This document shows, in pieces, positions 22,060 to 33,612 of a stretch of DNA of 64,000 bases. Below the pieces are notes generated by a model. It had not been told where the DNA came from. It searched no databases and was given only the letters and a program-made list of their open reading frames with translations. The position numbers were made by a program, and so were the translations under genes. Each line of letters starts with the position of its first letter. Within the stretch, counting starts at the first letter, position 1. Source of the stretch: Cyanidioschyzon merolae. Taxonomy: Eukaryota. The stretch is taken from NCBI GenBank assembly GCA_000091205.1, contig AP006497.2; one strand, 5' to 3'.

Positions 22060-23607
22060 TTGACTAGAAACGCCTCGCTTTATTACGCTTGGCTTTCAAG
22101 ACGTTGCCCGGTGTGCTTTGAACACTTCTTCGCAATGCCAGTCAAGCATTTGTCTCTTGAGGCTCGAAAGCGCAAGCCCGAGAAGCGGAGCGCTCTCTGG
22201 CACCAGAAACCGCTGCCACAGCAACTTGCCGGGGAAGTCCAACCGGTTCGTGCCAGACCACGTCGCAAGAGCCTTGACGGCGCTCAGCGCGAGGCACGCT
22301 CTCCAGGTCATTCGAGTTCCGACTCCGATGAACTTCGAGATGTTGAACAACTTAAGGGATCTTTGGCGTTCGATCTATTTCAAGGTGATTCAAGCCACAA
22401 CCGGGAAACTCGGGCGTTACAACTTGCGACGGAGCAACTACTTGAAACTGATTATGATCTGGACGAAGCGGCACTCGTGTGGGGAGCCACGGAACCTGGA
22501 CGCCCTAAACGTCGGCGCGCTTCCAGTAATTTAGGTGAGATCGAGTTCGAGTCAGACTTCTCAAAGTCTGAGGAGTCGTCGCTATCAGGGTCCAGTGACA
22601 CTTTTTCGGATTCTGCCGTTGAAGATAGTATTGTCCACTCAGAAGATTCCACTGCACTTCTACAAATGACGGAGGAAGAACGGGACGCGCTTAGATCATT
22701 TGAACTTTCGCGTGCTGATCCGTCTGCAACAATCAACTTGGCGGACTTGGTTGCAGCAAAGCTCCGTGAGGGCGCCGCCGCATCCCCTGGTGGCCTCCCC
22801 GGTGCTGGGAGCGCAACGGGCGCGCCAGAGAGCCAAAGTCGAGAGGCTAGATTTCGTCAACTTTACGAATCTGTAGGTGAAGTGATGCATCGATACAAAT
22901 CCGGCAAGGTTCCAAAAGCGTTCAAGCTCATGCCGGCTCTGAGGGACTGGTACGACGCGATGTGGCTGACCCGGCCAGAGCAATGGTCGCCTCAAGCTCT
23001 TTTCGTCGCTACGAAGGCATTCGCGTCGAACTTGGACCAAGCAGCAGCTCAAAAGTTTTATACCTCTGTTTTGCTGCCGAGGTGTCGCGAAGACATTTCT
23101 GCAAGAGGCAAATTGAATGTACACTTATTTCAAGCCTTGCGAAAAGCGACGTACAAACCGCAGGCTTTTTACAAGGGCCTAATCTTTCCATTGATCGATA
23201 ATGAGTGCTCACTACGAGAAGCAGCGGTTTTTGGTGCTGTCTTGAATCGTTGTCACATTCCGGCCCTACATTCGGCGGCTGCGTTACTCTATCTGTCCCA
23301 GAAGCCGTATTCTGGACCCGTCGCACTCTTTATTAGAGTGCTTTTAGACAAAAACTATGCGCTCCCCCGCCGCGTCATCGAAGCATTGTTGAAGCACTTC
23401 CTTCGGACTCGAGGGGACTGCCGCGATTACCCTGTACTCTGGCACCAGAGCCTGCTCGCCTTCGTGCAATACTTTAAGTCAGATCTTTCTGCAGCGCAGG
23501 TGGAGTCCCTTCGTTCGTTGCTTCGGGAAAAGCGGCACCATTCAATTACACCTGCGATTCACCACGAAATTCAGAGCATTGTCCAGCAGAGAGACGGGGA
23601 GATTTGA
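22060..23607 (+). CDS. BYSL: Bystin (Enp1/BYSL family, 40S pre-ribosome factor); likely start at Met 22135 (MPVKHLSLEARKRKPEK)
   Basis: C-terminal two-thirds aligns closely with human bystin: KAFKLMPALRDWYDAMWLTRPEQWSPQALFVATKAFASNL / FYTSVLLPRCREDI / GLIFPL...LREAAVFGAVLNRCHIPALHSAAALLYLSQ / LFIRVLLDKNYALPRRVIEALLKHFL / YPVLWHQSLLAFVQYFKSDL. Confidence 0.9.
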   Translation: MTRNASLYYAWLSRRCPVCFEHFFAMPVKHLSLEARKRKPEKRSALWHQKPLPQQLAGEVQPVRARPRRKSLDGAQREARSPGHSSSDSDELRDVEQLKGSLAFDLFQGDSSHNRETRALQLATEQLLETDYDLDEAALVWGATEPGRPKRRRASSNLGEIEFESDFSKSEESSLSGSSDTFSDSAVEDSIVHSEDSTALLQMTEEERDALRSFELSRADPSATINLADLVAAKLREGAAASPGGLPGAGSATGAPESQSREARFRQLYESVGEVMHRYKSGKVPKAFKLMPALRDWYDAMWLTRPEQWSPQALFVATKAFASNLDQAAAQKFYTSVLLPRCREDISARGKLNVHLFQALRKATYKPQAFYKGLIFPLIDNECSLREAAVFGAVLNRCHIPALHSAAALLYLSQKPYSGPVALFIRVLLDKNYALPRRVIEALLKHFLRTRGDCRDYPVLWHQSLLAFVQYFKSDLSAAQVESLRSLLREKRHHSITPAIHHEIQSIVQQRDGEI

Positions 23608-24392
23608 GCTGACCACAAGCGAAGAGCGAACTCACTCTGGCGTTGGCAGCTCGAGAAGCGTCTCCGAGAGTCAGCAGGTACGCCATCAGGCACGTGAGCT
23701 ACCGCGTTGCTGCTGTGACGAGTCGTCACTGCAAGCGCTTTATTCGACCGTGGTTCTGCTACATTTCAGATACACAAGCCCATGGCCTGCTCCAGATTAC
23801 CAATTCAAGCCCGAACGCGGACGGCAGCGTCTGCATATCCTGATGCGGCAACGTGCCAGGAACTCTAGATATTCGGACCCAAGCATGCCACCTGAAGTGG
23901 GAGCTTGCCTGGCACCATGCTAGAGAGCGCCGCATCTTCGGGAACAAATTCGCCTTGTTCCCGTGGCGACATGATTGCGCAGAGTGCGTACCACAATAAC
24001 GCTCGCGAGGACGGCTCTGCTGAGTGACCAGTGTACTGCTCGGAGACTGGTATTTGGCTCAATGTGCTTTGACAAGGAAATTCACACCGCTTGGAATGAA
24101 TTTGATGCGAGATGGCTCGCTGGAATGCGCGGTCTAACTCACGTGACTTTCTGAAAAATCGAGTCGTTCAAATAGGCTTGTATATGGCGAGAGCGCGAAT
24201 CGCGAACCAAGAATCTAGGCTTCTGTGTCGAGTTTCGTGTAAAAGATTCACTTACGCTGGATCGAGAGCCCACGATCCTCGCCTCACAAACGCGTACCGT
24301 TTCTCGGCGAGCGCCTCTCGTTCCGTCGCTTCGCTCTACATCCGAGGACGGTTGCCTGCGAGGTCTCGACGTCGCAAGCAGTGCTCTTTCAT

Positions 24393-25610
24393 TCATAAGT
24401 CGCGGAAATCCGTTGACGTTCGATGCATTTCCTCTATTGTCCACGATCGAATCTGCTTCAGAAACATGCTGGGCGAGTTTTCGTTCCTCCATAACTCATT
24501 TGACATTCCTAGCGAGCGTCCGGCCCACACGCGGTGCACAGGAGTAATCACTCGAGTTGCGGAGACGAGGAAAACCTCAGACCATTGCGCACGCTCCTCA
24601 ACTAGAGGAGGTTTCTCGAGTCGAAGTGGAACGTTGTGCGCTTCGCAGACCCTAAGGACTAGCTCCCGCATGTGACCGTGTAGTACGTCATTCACGGCAG
24701 TAGCAACATACCCCTCTTTGTAAATGAAAAAAATATTGCTCACAAGGCCTTCAAGAATGATCAGCGACGTAGATGCTCTCCGCACAATTACAAGCTCAAT
24801 AGAGTCGGCGTGTTCTCGAAGTTCCTCGCATCGCTTGCGATCACGAACCCAGCCACTGTACTTAATGCTAGGATTGGACCGTTCTATTCCTAAATGGAAC
24901 TCAACCTCCGCGTGCTTGGATACCACTTCGTGCTCTACTGTTGGTGGAGCAAGTTCAGAGCAGCGCACGAATACGGGTACAGTTTCATGCAGGTTACAAC
25001 ACGCTTTGGAATCGCTGGTTCTCGCGGAAAAGACTTTATTTCCATCGACGCATGGAATGTAGATAATAATCAGAGCCTCTGCCGCCTCGCCGTTTCCACC
25101 CTGTTTACGCTGATAGACGAGGGCCCACTGGTGAAGTGCAGTTCTTATACTATCCCTCAGTTTCTTGGTGGAAAAAAGGGAAAACCGACAGCTCGCGGCT
25201 TCTGTATCCTCTAAAAGGGGCTGTAGCGGTGCTCTGCCAGCGTCCTGAACCAAAGCTGCAAGCGTTCGCTGCAAGCGTTGAACGTGGAAAGCATAGCACA
25301 CAATGCTTCTGCCTCCGTTCACGGTACGCGCCGCAGTGTACGCACCCTGCGGGAGTTCGAGTAGAAACGCTGCCGGCGAATAACTGTGCAAAAGCTTCCA
25401 TACAACAGCGGCGTGCTCCGCGGGTTGCACACCAAGCTGCTCTAGTGCACTCTTGAGAACATAGACGGCTCCCGAGTCTGAAGTGGTCAGAGCGAGCGCG
25501 CTTGAGACTGCAACGCCGTTAATGACCAGTACCGTTGCGGACTCATCGAACGCCACCTCGCCCATTCGACAGACCCCCAGAGCTTTCGAAATAGTGAGTA
25601 GTGGCGACAC
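24393..25610 (-). CDS. Aminotransferase class IV family protein (branched-chain/D-amino-acid aminotransferase or aminodeoxychorismate lyase-like)
   Basis: 405 aa. C-terminal region ELVIVRRASTSLIILEGLVSNIFFIYKEGYVATAVNDVLHGHMRELVLRVCEAHNVPL resembles the class IV PLP fold (E-G-x-x-x-N-[IL]-F motif). Confidence 0.7.
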   Translation of the reverse strand: MSPLLTISKALGVCRMGEVAFDESATVLVINGVAVSSALALTTSDSGAVYVLKSALEQLGVQPAEHAAVVWKLLHSYSPAAFLLELPQGAYTAARTVNGGRSIVCYAFHVQRLQRTLAALVQDAGRAPLQPLLEDTEAASCRFSLFSTKKLRDSIRTALHQWALVYQRKQGGNGEAAEALIIIYIPCVDGNKVFSARTSDSKACCNLHETVPVFVRCSELAPPTVEHEVVSKHAEVEFHLGIERSNPSIKYSGWVRDRKRCEELREHADSIELVIVRRASTSLIILEGLVSNIFFIYKEGYVATAVNDVLHGHMRELVLRVCEAHNVPLRLEKPPLVEERAQWSEVFLVSATRVITPVHRVWAGRSLGMSNELWRNENSPSMFLKQIRSWTIEEMHRTSTDFRDL

Positions 25611-25689
25611 CTATTTAATCTCAGAATAAGTTTCCGCCATATCGTCAACAGACAAGAAGATAAACTGGGTCTAGTGCATCGCATGTACC

Positions 25690-27090
25690 GAAAATGGGGC
25701 GTCCCGTTTCAGACTTTCAATTCAATTCTATTCCACCTTTGCTGCGATTTATTGGAGGAGGTCAAAATCGCTTTGCAATGTATATATCCTAGACGAATTG
25801 CTTGCAGGACGCATTCATTACTGTGCAGTGCAAGGAGGACAGCTTCCTTCTTCAGGCCAGTCATAACACAGCACTCAGATGCTTGCGGAACATTGAAAGA
25901 AACAAGTATATGCGCTGCGCATCAAAAACCGGTATTCTCAAAGAGTGCTTGCGATCGATTGTAGAAAACGGCCTGTTTATCACCTTACGGGAAGCAAAAG
26001 CAACGATAGCAGCCATCATGAGCGCCTCTCTTTCTCAACAGCTTGTTCATGTGGTCCTAAAAACATTCGGATACAGTCGAAGAAAACGAGACTTAGTTCA
26101 CGCACGAGAGTCTTCTACCGAAATCGCAACGACTGTGTTCCTGGAACCTCGAGGTCGATGTGAAGCACCAGGACGTTGGTTTGTTTTTCTGACAGTCGAA
26201 GAGACTTGCGTCGGAGGAAAAGGTCGGAGCGTGTGCGGGTTTTTGCGGTTCAGGGAGCTCGTTATCTGCACGATGGAACTCGAAGAGATCGAGGATATCA
26301 TCATAGGCTCTTACTGCAGTAGATTCATTCTGCGGCATAAGTTTCGCTGGTACAGAAGGCTCACATAATAGCAACAACCATCTCATCGAATCATTGAAGA
26401 TTTTTCCCTGACGCTTGGCGGCTTCTGTCCATTGGACAACATGCATTTCATCAAGTCATTTGCGTTCGAGCTTTTCCGATTTCATCGACATAGAGATGCT
26501 TTCCATACCCCCGTACGCTCCTTGGTTGAAACCAATCCAAGGAGCGTTTTCTGTTGTAAAAAGTAATGATAGCTCCGCTGGGCGGATCGTTGATGCCTTC
26601 AGCTCACAGTAACACACCGGGGCACATATCGTCTTTCTTCCGCAAGTGCTCCTTCCTCCGGGAAGGTCATCATCTGAGGCTATTCAGAATTGCGTTCATT
26701 TTAAAAAAAATAAATGGATGAGCCTGTGTGTACGTTTCAGAGGTTCAATATGGAATGAAGGCGGCGAAGCGTATCCTCGACAGAAAAGCAGAGAGAGCTG
26801 ACAGAGCAGCAAATGGCACAGAGGGCACGGGTCCGTGATCTCCTTTCATTGATGAGTTTATGCAGCGGCAAGAAACGCGTCGAGATCGTGAACGCAGACT
26901 TTGACTCTGCTATCAACATCAGAAGATGTGCATTGATGAAAACGAGACCCGCAGAGCTGACGCGATCCAACGATGTAGGGGAGCTTCTAAAAGCCGAAGT
27001 GTACAAGCAGAAACTGAAGCCGATACCAGGGGCCAGTCAAAAAACGCTGGGAGGCGCTTTGAGTGGATACTAATTTACCCTCAGTGGTCG
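25690..27090 (+). mobile_element. Repeat/transposon family A, copy L1 (non-autonomous; relics of DDE transposase C-terminus at ~26415-26612 and TnpB/Fanzor-like RuvC-III tail at ~26813-27073)
   Basis: Three collinear blocks are shared with copies at 39133-40423(-), 43664-44953(+) and 52880-53408(+, partial). Module A: FSTACSCGPKNIRIQS...FYRNRNDCVPGTSRS versus FSTACSCSPHNTRIQS...FHRNRNDSVHGTPRS. DDE-like tail: MLSIPPYAPWLKPIQGAFSVVK (compare Tc1/mariner L-PPYSPDLNPIE-W). TnpB-like tail: LCSGKKRVEIVNADFDSAINIRRCAL (compare RuvC-III D-x-NAA-x-NI). The 3' terminus ...ccctcagtggtcg is homologous to ...ctccatggt[tc]g in the other copies. Confidence 0.7.
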
Positions 27091-27389
27091 CGAAACTTTT
27101 TTTCTTGTACTGACATGTCGTCTATTAACGAAGTTTTCCGTAAAGCACGGATGGATACCGATTTCGCAGGGCTCTATCTTTTGCATGCGAGTCTGATCTC
27201 CTCTGCTTCATACGTGTCAGCGTCAAAATAGAACACTGAACAGCTCGCTCTTATCTCGCTTCTCGAATTTTTCCCGAACTTTGCTATGTGCACAGCATCG
27301 AAAGTCGAAGCACATCAAGAAATACTTTCAGTCTCTCACGTAGGTTTAGAATGCTCTATTGTCATTTCAGAGTGGTTCCTGCCAAACCT

Positions 27390-27860
27390 AGGTACTGGAA
27401 CACGTTATGCCATCCTCATTGATATGGGCAGTGGCGCACTTGAACAAGCGCCCGTAAAATAACCTATGTCATTATCCAGTTCATACGTTCAAGCTTCCTC
27501 TCTTCTCCTTCCCCAGCTTTATGATGCTCAAATCACGCGTTCTCCACGTTTTCATTCTTTTTGTTTGAATGCAACTCATAGATGCTGCTAGATGCGCCCT
27601 CTATTGAGGACGAGAAGAACCCGACGCTTTCCCTTGACGGCTTGTTCGCAAGCTCATTCTCATAGATCATGGAACTTGTTATTCCAAATAATCGATTTCA
27701 TGTAGAAGACAAATCCTCTTTTCTTTGTGACCGTCGATGCGGGAGCATTCGTCATCAGAGTGATTTCTCTCTCTGGATACTCTCCATGGTTCCCATCTCT
27801 TCTGTTTGCATGTAGATGCTTCTTGGACTCGGACTTGAGTCATCGCAGTGATCGCTTCCA
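27390..27860 (+). repeat. Repeat family B copy (contains conserved ~60-nt core at 27455-27515), immediately downstream of family A copy L1
   Basis: Alignment by eye to 1500-2170 and the 14303/15765 inverted pair (cccgtaaaataacctatgtcattatccagttcatacg...; caaatcacgcgttctcc; ggactcggacttgagtcatcgcagtgatcgcttcc). Confidence 0.55.
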
Positions 27861-29200
27861 GTAGAAATTGAGTCATCACTATACAGGAAAGGGACTTAAA
27901 CGGATCAAAATCTCTCTACTTGTTCTCCAGAGTGGAGCCCCCGTTACTTTGCTCGCCATGGACAACGTCACGGTCCACACAGACTGTATCGAACGAAGCA
28001 GCATGCGCCCGCGCATGCGACGGGTAAAGTGCTCGCCTTTGAGATCCCGAAGAACAAGCCCGTGATCGTGGGAGACTCCACCGGCCATGCTAGCCAAAGA
28101 GCGCATCGAGGGAAGCCTTCTTCAGCAGTCAAGCGCGTACGCCGAGCGATGAAGCAAACTTTTTCGTGCCGCAGGGCGGCCTTCGGAGCTGGAATTGTGG
28201 CAGACATACATGAACATCCGACCCCGACCATGTTTCACCGCTTCGAAGGGCGCGCCGACGCAGTTCACAAAGAAGCAGAAAATTGGCAAGCGAAGCGCAA
28301 ATCGCTGCCACAGGCCGCGGGCACATATCATCGACAACGGTCGGGAGCTGCTGAATCTGGACTTGAACGTCGCAATCAGCATCCTTTGGCTGGTCAAAAC
28401 GGAGCTGGAAGGACACAGGAGACAGATGTATAGAAAGCCGGAGTAAAGATAGAGGAAAAGGAAGCAGTCGCGGTGTGAGCTCTGCAAGCTGCTCTTGACG
28501 ACAGTGGGAAGAGATCTGAACTTTATCTTGTACTTACGAGTCAAGTCAGTTGTCAACTTCCGTATTATTTTGATGTTGGTGTAGCGGAATAACGAGGGTA
28601 CTCGATCCTGAGCGTTTCCGCCTCGCAACGGTTCAAATGTGGTTCCAACACGGCTCTCAGAAAAGAGGGCGTCTCCAACGAAACCGAGGACGCAAGGAAA
28701 TTCCGGATTTTTCTCCATACCGCAAAGGCATTCGAGCGTGCATCGGGCATGCATCCTCACTGTAATGTGATGCGCCTACGTTCTTTGATCGGGGGCTCCT
28801 GCAGGCCTCCGGAGCACTAGCTGCACTCGAACCAGAACTGCTATTTCCATGGTCCAAAAATTTCCAGTTTCCTCTACGAGCCCCATATATACGTATTCCG
28901 AGATCGTTTACGATGTACGCACAGCGCGGACCTCATCGCTGTATACAGAGGAGGCGCTGCGACCATACGTCCCGCACCGTAACCCCAAATCAAGCATCCA
29001 GCCGGAAACGCCGCCTTGAAAGCCAGCCCGGGGAAGAAAGATCTATCAGATCCCGCCTCGCGCACGTTGATCGCATCCGAAGCCACCTACAGGACGCTTC
29101 CGTTGACAACACATCGGCGTGCATAGTCCTTGTACAGCTTATTCTGTAAATGTCCAGTATTTTCACGTCATCGGCTTGATTGCGAGTCTATGTTCTGAGG

Positions 29201-29246
29201 CTGCGGCGGCTGCGGCGGCTGCGGCGGCTGCGGTGGCTGCGGAAGC
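29201..29246. repeat. Microsatellite (GCGGCT)n, ~120 bp upstream of the likely VDAC start
   Basis: Direct reading: ctgcggcggctgcggcggctgcggcggctgcggtggctgcggaagc. Confidence 0.9.
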
Positions 29247-29366
29247 ATCTTTCAGGTGCCAATTGGCGCGCACTCGGCAGGAATCGACAACGAAGTATCG
29301 GATTTAAAAGCAGTTGTCTTCAAAAAAGAGCGGGGAAACAAGTTCGGGCGTGACCATTTCAAGATC

Positions 29367-30284
29367 ATGGTGATCAAGCTATTCTCAAAGCTTGGAGAGA
29401 ACTCGAAGAAGATTTTGAACGATGATTTTGTTTTCCAGCCGAAACTCACTGTGAAAAGCACGACACAGAACGGTGTAACGTACTCTGTGAACGGTGTGCA
29501 GACGCCGAACGGAAACATTGAGGCGGACTTTGGGACGAAATTCAAATTAGAGCCTGCGAACCTCGGATCCATTATATCCGGTGGTGCTGCAACAAACACA
29601 ATCTCTCTGAAGCTTTTCACCACCGGTGCAGTGAGTGCAGAAACCGTGCTCGACGACGTTGCAAATGTCAGCGGTCTGAAGGCGACCCTGTCGGGCACCG
29701 TGCGTGACGCTTCCAACTTTGTCGCTCTCACTTCCGAGTACGTCGGGCACATACTTGCGATTTCAGCTGGTGTCAATGTGTTCGGTACCACGGCGGCGAC
29801 GAGTTCAGGTGACACATCGTCACCGAGCACTGCGCTTTTCAACGGCTCCCTTGTTTTGGGCGCTGAAGGCATATATGTCGGCGGCGAGCTCGAGTACAAT
29901 GCGAGCAATGCAGCCATAAGCAAATACAATGCGGCGATCAGTTACTGCGATAAGGGTGAGAGCGAGCTGCTTCTTGCCCTCACGGACAAAGCTCAGTGTA
30001 TTCGTGCTTGCTATGCTCACGCTATTTCAAAAAGATTGAGCGTCGCCGCAGAAATCAGCTATAGAAGAGCGACGGATGCCAGGCTTTTGACTGTAGGATT
30101 CAAATACGGAATTGACGAGCTTTCATCGGTCAAAGCTAAGGTAGATTCTGCAGGCGAACTTTGTATGGCCTACATCCAAGAAATTCGGCCGAGGACGACT
30201 TTAGTGCTTGCCTCCAGATTGAACGTGAACCAGTTGGACAAAGGAGGCCATCGGGTCGGGTTGTCTTTGACATACGATGCCTAG
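29367..30284 (+). CDS. VDAC: Mitochondrial outer-membrane porin (VDAC); ORF opens at 29256 but the likely initiator is Met at 29367 (MVIKLFSKLGENSKKILNDDFVF)
   Basis: The C-terminus LASRLNVNQLDKGGHRVGLSLTYDA matches the VDAC C-terminus (..[21 protein letters not shown]). The beta-strand-rich alternating pattern throughout and the N-terminal helix region resemble the VDAC N-terminus. Confidence 0.85.
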   Translation: MVIKLFSKLGENSKKILNDDFVFQPKLTVKSTTQNGVTYSVNGVQTPNGNIEADFGTKFKLEPANLGSIISGGAATNTISLKLFTTGAVSAETVLDDVANVSGLKATLSGTVRDASNFVALTSEYVGHILAISAGVNVFGTTAATSSGDTSSPSTALFNGSLVLGAEGIYVGGELEYNASNAAISKYNAAISYCDKGESELLLALTDKAQCIRACYAHAISKRLSVAAEISYRRATDARLLTVGFKYGIDELSSVKAKVDSAGELCMAYIQEIRPRTTLVLASRLNVNQLDKGGHRVGLSLTYDA

Positions 30285-32769
30285 GTCTGCTGTTGTTGCC
30301 GCTTCTGGCTAATTTGCGGTTCGTAAGCCGTCTTTAAGCGACTTAATCCGATACAGGACGGTCCAGTTGGCAAATCATGGTCAACAGAGCTTTTCGAAAG
30401 AATTGGTAAAGTTTTGCGTGGGCATCTCTGATTTTTCGCCAAGCGAAACACGTACAGCGAGCAAATACCGATCGTCGAACGGAGTATATTTGACCTTTAG
30501 ACTTCATCTGGGAACGCACAAGAGCTGGACGCTTTTGCGGGTGTTTGATGGAGGCGCTGTTTTGCAAGCCGCGGAGAGTTATGCTCTTGTGGTTACCGAG
30601 TCATTTTCCTCTTCGGGCCGTAAAGTCAATTTGCGGACAAGAATGGGAACGCACTCCCTTAATACATCGAAGAACTTTTGCACTTTCTGCAGGTATGCAT
30701 CTAGAGCTTTGGAGAGACCTTTGTTGGGGCTTCGGGCGTTTGGTGGATCGGTCGTGGCACGTATATTTTGCTTTTATCTTTTTTGGAACACCGAACGCTG
30801 TCCAACCTTTGGAACGAACTGCTTTTACAGCACGATATGTTTCGTTCGTATTGAAATTGCATATCTCCAAGGAAGCATAGCCCCATCTATTGTTGGACTA
30901 AAAATGCACAGAAATATTGCTCAAATTTTGTTGCGTAGAATAAGAGAATCTGATGGGATGCATCCGGGATCGCCACGGCTGCCGTTTATAGACTCTCGAG
31001 ACAAAAATCAAGCCCATGGTTTCTGGGGAAAAAGCCAGCATTTTAGCGAAAATTCCTCGCAAGACGAGAACCGAAAAATCTCTGCAGGATACGCACCTCC
31101 TGAGTGTGCTAGGCATCTGCTCAATAAAGCTCTTGGACAAATCCTATCCTGGATGCGCACCTGAGAGCTCTTTGCAGCGAATTCAGGAGATCAAACAAGC
31201 AATTCACTAATTCTGGAATTTTTGCACCATACCAAGTCTCGATGTGTCGCAGGAGTGCAAACGCTTGGACAACATCAGAGTAAACTCGGATGTCCTATTC
31301 TACATAGTTTTGCATACCCGAAACATTGATCATCCATGCTGCCAATCGTTGGATGATGCCAGCGATCAACGAACTCTGACGTACAACGCGTGCGCGCAAC
31401 ACGCGAAGGGCGTTTGTCGGCCGATACGAACGTTTCCGAAATGGCAAAATTTAGGTGGCACCTCGGGCAATCTGAATAAATATGCACGAGACTTGTCGCC
31501 TTTTGCTTTTAGAAGGCTGCGCTGACGGCCTCTACTGGTGCCACGTGACTTGCAGTGCAATGCCGGGCACCAAAGCGAAAATATGCATTCCAGTGTTCGC
31601 TGGAGCATACGGAAGTGAAATTTGCAGATTTGAGCGAGCGTTTCCTTGAGACCTGCACGAACTCTGCAAATTTGACGCAGGCAACTTGAAGAATGGATAC
31701 AGCGCGGCCTACCGCGATATCTCTTTGCAACCATAATAGGATAAAAAGGAAAGAGTCTACTTGCGTAACTCACACAGGTGTTCTAAAGACTGTGTCTCTT
31801 CACATTGCCATCAACATTAGCGGGTTTTGGCTTTTTCTTTGACTGTGTCCCTAATTTCTCCCCTCTTTCCGGTATTGAATTCGCCGGATGCTCATTGGCC
31901 ACCAGCCCTTTTGTCAGAAGTCGAAGGACGCAAATGACAGAGTTCATGTCCCGATCTCGCTGCTCCCTGCTGTTTTTGACGACTTTCCTGCACAGACGCA
32001 AGTTGCAATCTACTTATCGCTTGCCATTTTCATCATCTTCTTCCACCAGCTCTGCATGTCAGTCGCAGCGGCGACACTCGACTGTAGTCAGGTGTTCATG
32101 CCTTTCCACCCAACCACATCCTTCGAGTGCCAACTTGTAGCGCGTGAACATTTGTTTCATCGCATGGTACATGCCCTTTTCAGTTAAAGAGGGCTCGCCC
32201 CGGTGCATTCCTCTGTTTCCGCGCCCGGTGACATTCCCCTACGAATGCTGACTTCCTGTAGGCAATCTCCACGAAGAGGACACTGTCAGCTGCAAGCGCA
32301 GGTGCACACTGTCCTACTCTATAAAGGATTTGTGGGATGCGATACTTTCTGTGATGAAACAAGCACCGAAAGTACAACCCAAGCTGCAAAATTTTTGATT
32401 CATCTGTGCTCCCTCCGTGCGAAGCTGTGATGCACTCACTGCAAGAGGGATTAGCTGCGATGAATGAGTTCCGAGTACAAGACCATTTTCAGGCAACTTG
32501 AAGAGACGGGCACCTGCTGGAGCTTGTCACGTGTGAGGCGTCATGCTGGCCCCGAATGCCGTTTCGTCGATAGCCACAAAGAAATGAGATTTTTTTCTTT
32601 CGGGCGTAATCGATTTTTTGACCTGGCAAGCTCAGGGAACTTTCGGCATGATTTTGTAGACAATTCATCAAGGGACGACGTCGAGTATTTTTCCTCCTCA
32701 AGCGTTCAGCACGATCAGCTCCACCCACAATAACCCTAGAAACAGAAAGATCCAAAACCTGAAGAAGGC

Positions 32770-33080
32770 GTGATTTGAGCATATTATACGCACGGCACCG
32801 GGCTGAATGGAGGCATGCATACATGAACGTTAAAATGACTTTGGTTACTTTTCGAAAGCTTTCTTGAGTGCGTCGCGTATCAGCCTCATCCCGGTAACGT
32901 AACAGATATCTGCGCCAACAAGTCGAAGAAGCCACTCTGAAAACGCGGTCCAGATCCCTAAAAGTTCATCAGAATTCGTAATCCCTTATTGCTACAATGC
33001 GCATATCGAGTCTGTGCATGTAAGAAAAATTTGGAGAAATCGAAAAGCCGAGACACAGCGAGCAGTTCAGTGTTCAGTTT
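32770..33080 (-). repeat. Repeat family C, copy 1 (homolog of 56050-56370; carries a start-less remnant of the conserved small ORF)
   Basis: Alignment by eye: gtgatttgagca...gctttcttgagtgcgtcgcgtatcagcc versus catgatttgagca...gcttgtttgacagcgtcgagaatcagct, and gaaaagccgagacacagcgagcagttca versus gaaagacaagagaagaccgagcagttca. Minus-strand translation: ...ELLGIWTAFSEWLLRLVGADICYVTGMRLIRDALKKAFEK*. Confidence 0.5.
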
Positions 33081-33612
33081 TAATCTTACACGGGTATGGT
33101 GAGATTTTTTCTCGCTGCCCGACGAGTATTCATGAATCTCCTCATCTGTTGCGCGAAGCAGTGAACTGGAAGTTACACGGACTACGGGATAGAGCAAAAT
33201 CCTTTCTGTAGCTCAACAAAACAACAACGTAGCTCCGAAACCCCAGAGTTCTTCACAGATATTTTCATCTCAGACCTAAGCCTGCGCTATGTACTGAAGG
33301 CATGTACCCGGAAACAGCGCTGCCAGCGAAGTCTAGTGTCTCAAGTTGCACCGTCGCTCGCGTCGACTTTTCCAGTCAAGAACGGGCAACAGCTGTCTAG
33401 GAGGCGCGCAACGTATGCATTTTCTGGGTTCGCACACCGGAGACAGTGCCTACTCGGCTTCAAGACGCGAACTGATCGTTGAATGCTCGTTTCTACCCAG
33501 TACTATTCACTATCTATCTCTCTTAACTTGACCGGTGCCACAAAAAGTGCGAGGACACTCTCTGTGCAGCTTACAGTTACGCCAGACACTGCTCCGCGTT
33601 CCAAAAAAGCTG

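Noticed and set aside
28122-28760. 212-aa minus-strand ORF
   Set aside because: It has low-complexity, Cys/Phe/Leu-rich composition with no motif, and an overlapping 134-aa plus ORF of equally poor quality; likely noncoding.
30367-31164. 265-aa plus-strand ORF in the 3.3-kb gap after VDAC
   Set aside because: It has no motif, no hydrophobic periodicity and a Cys/Arg/Phe-rich composition typical of random GC-rich ORFs. Overlapping ORFs of similar size sit on the other strand. It is left uncalled and could still be a fast-evolving orphan.
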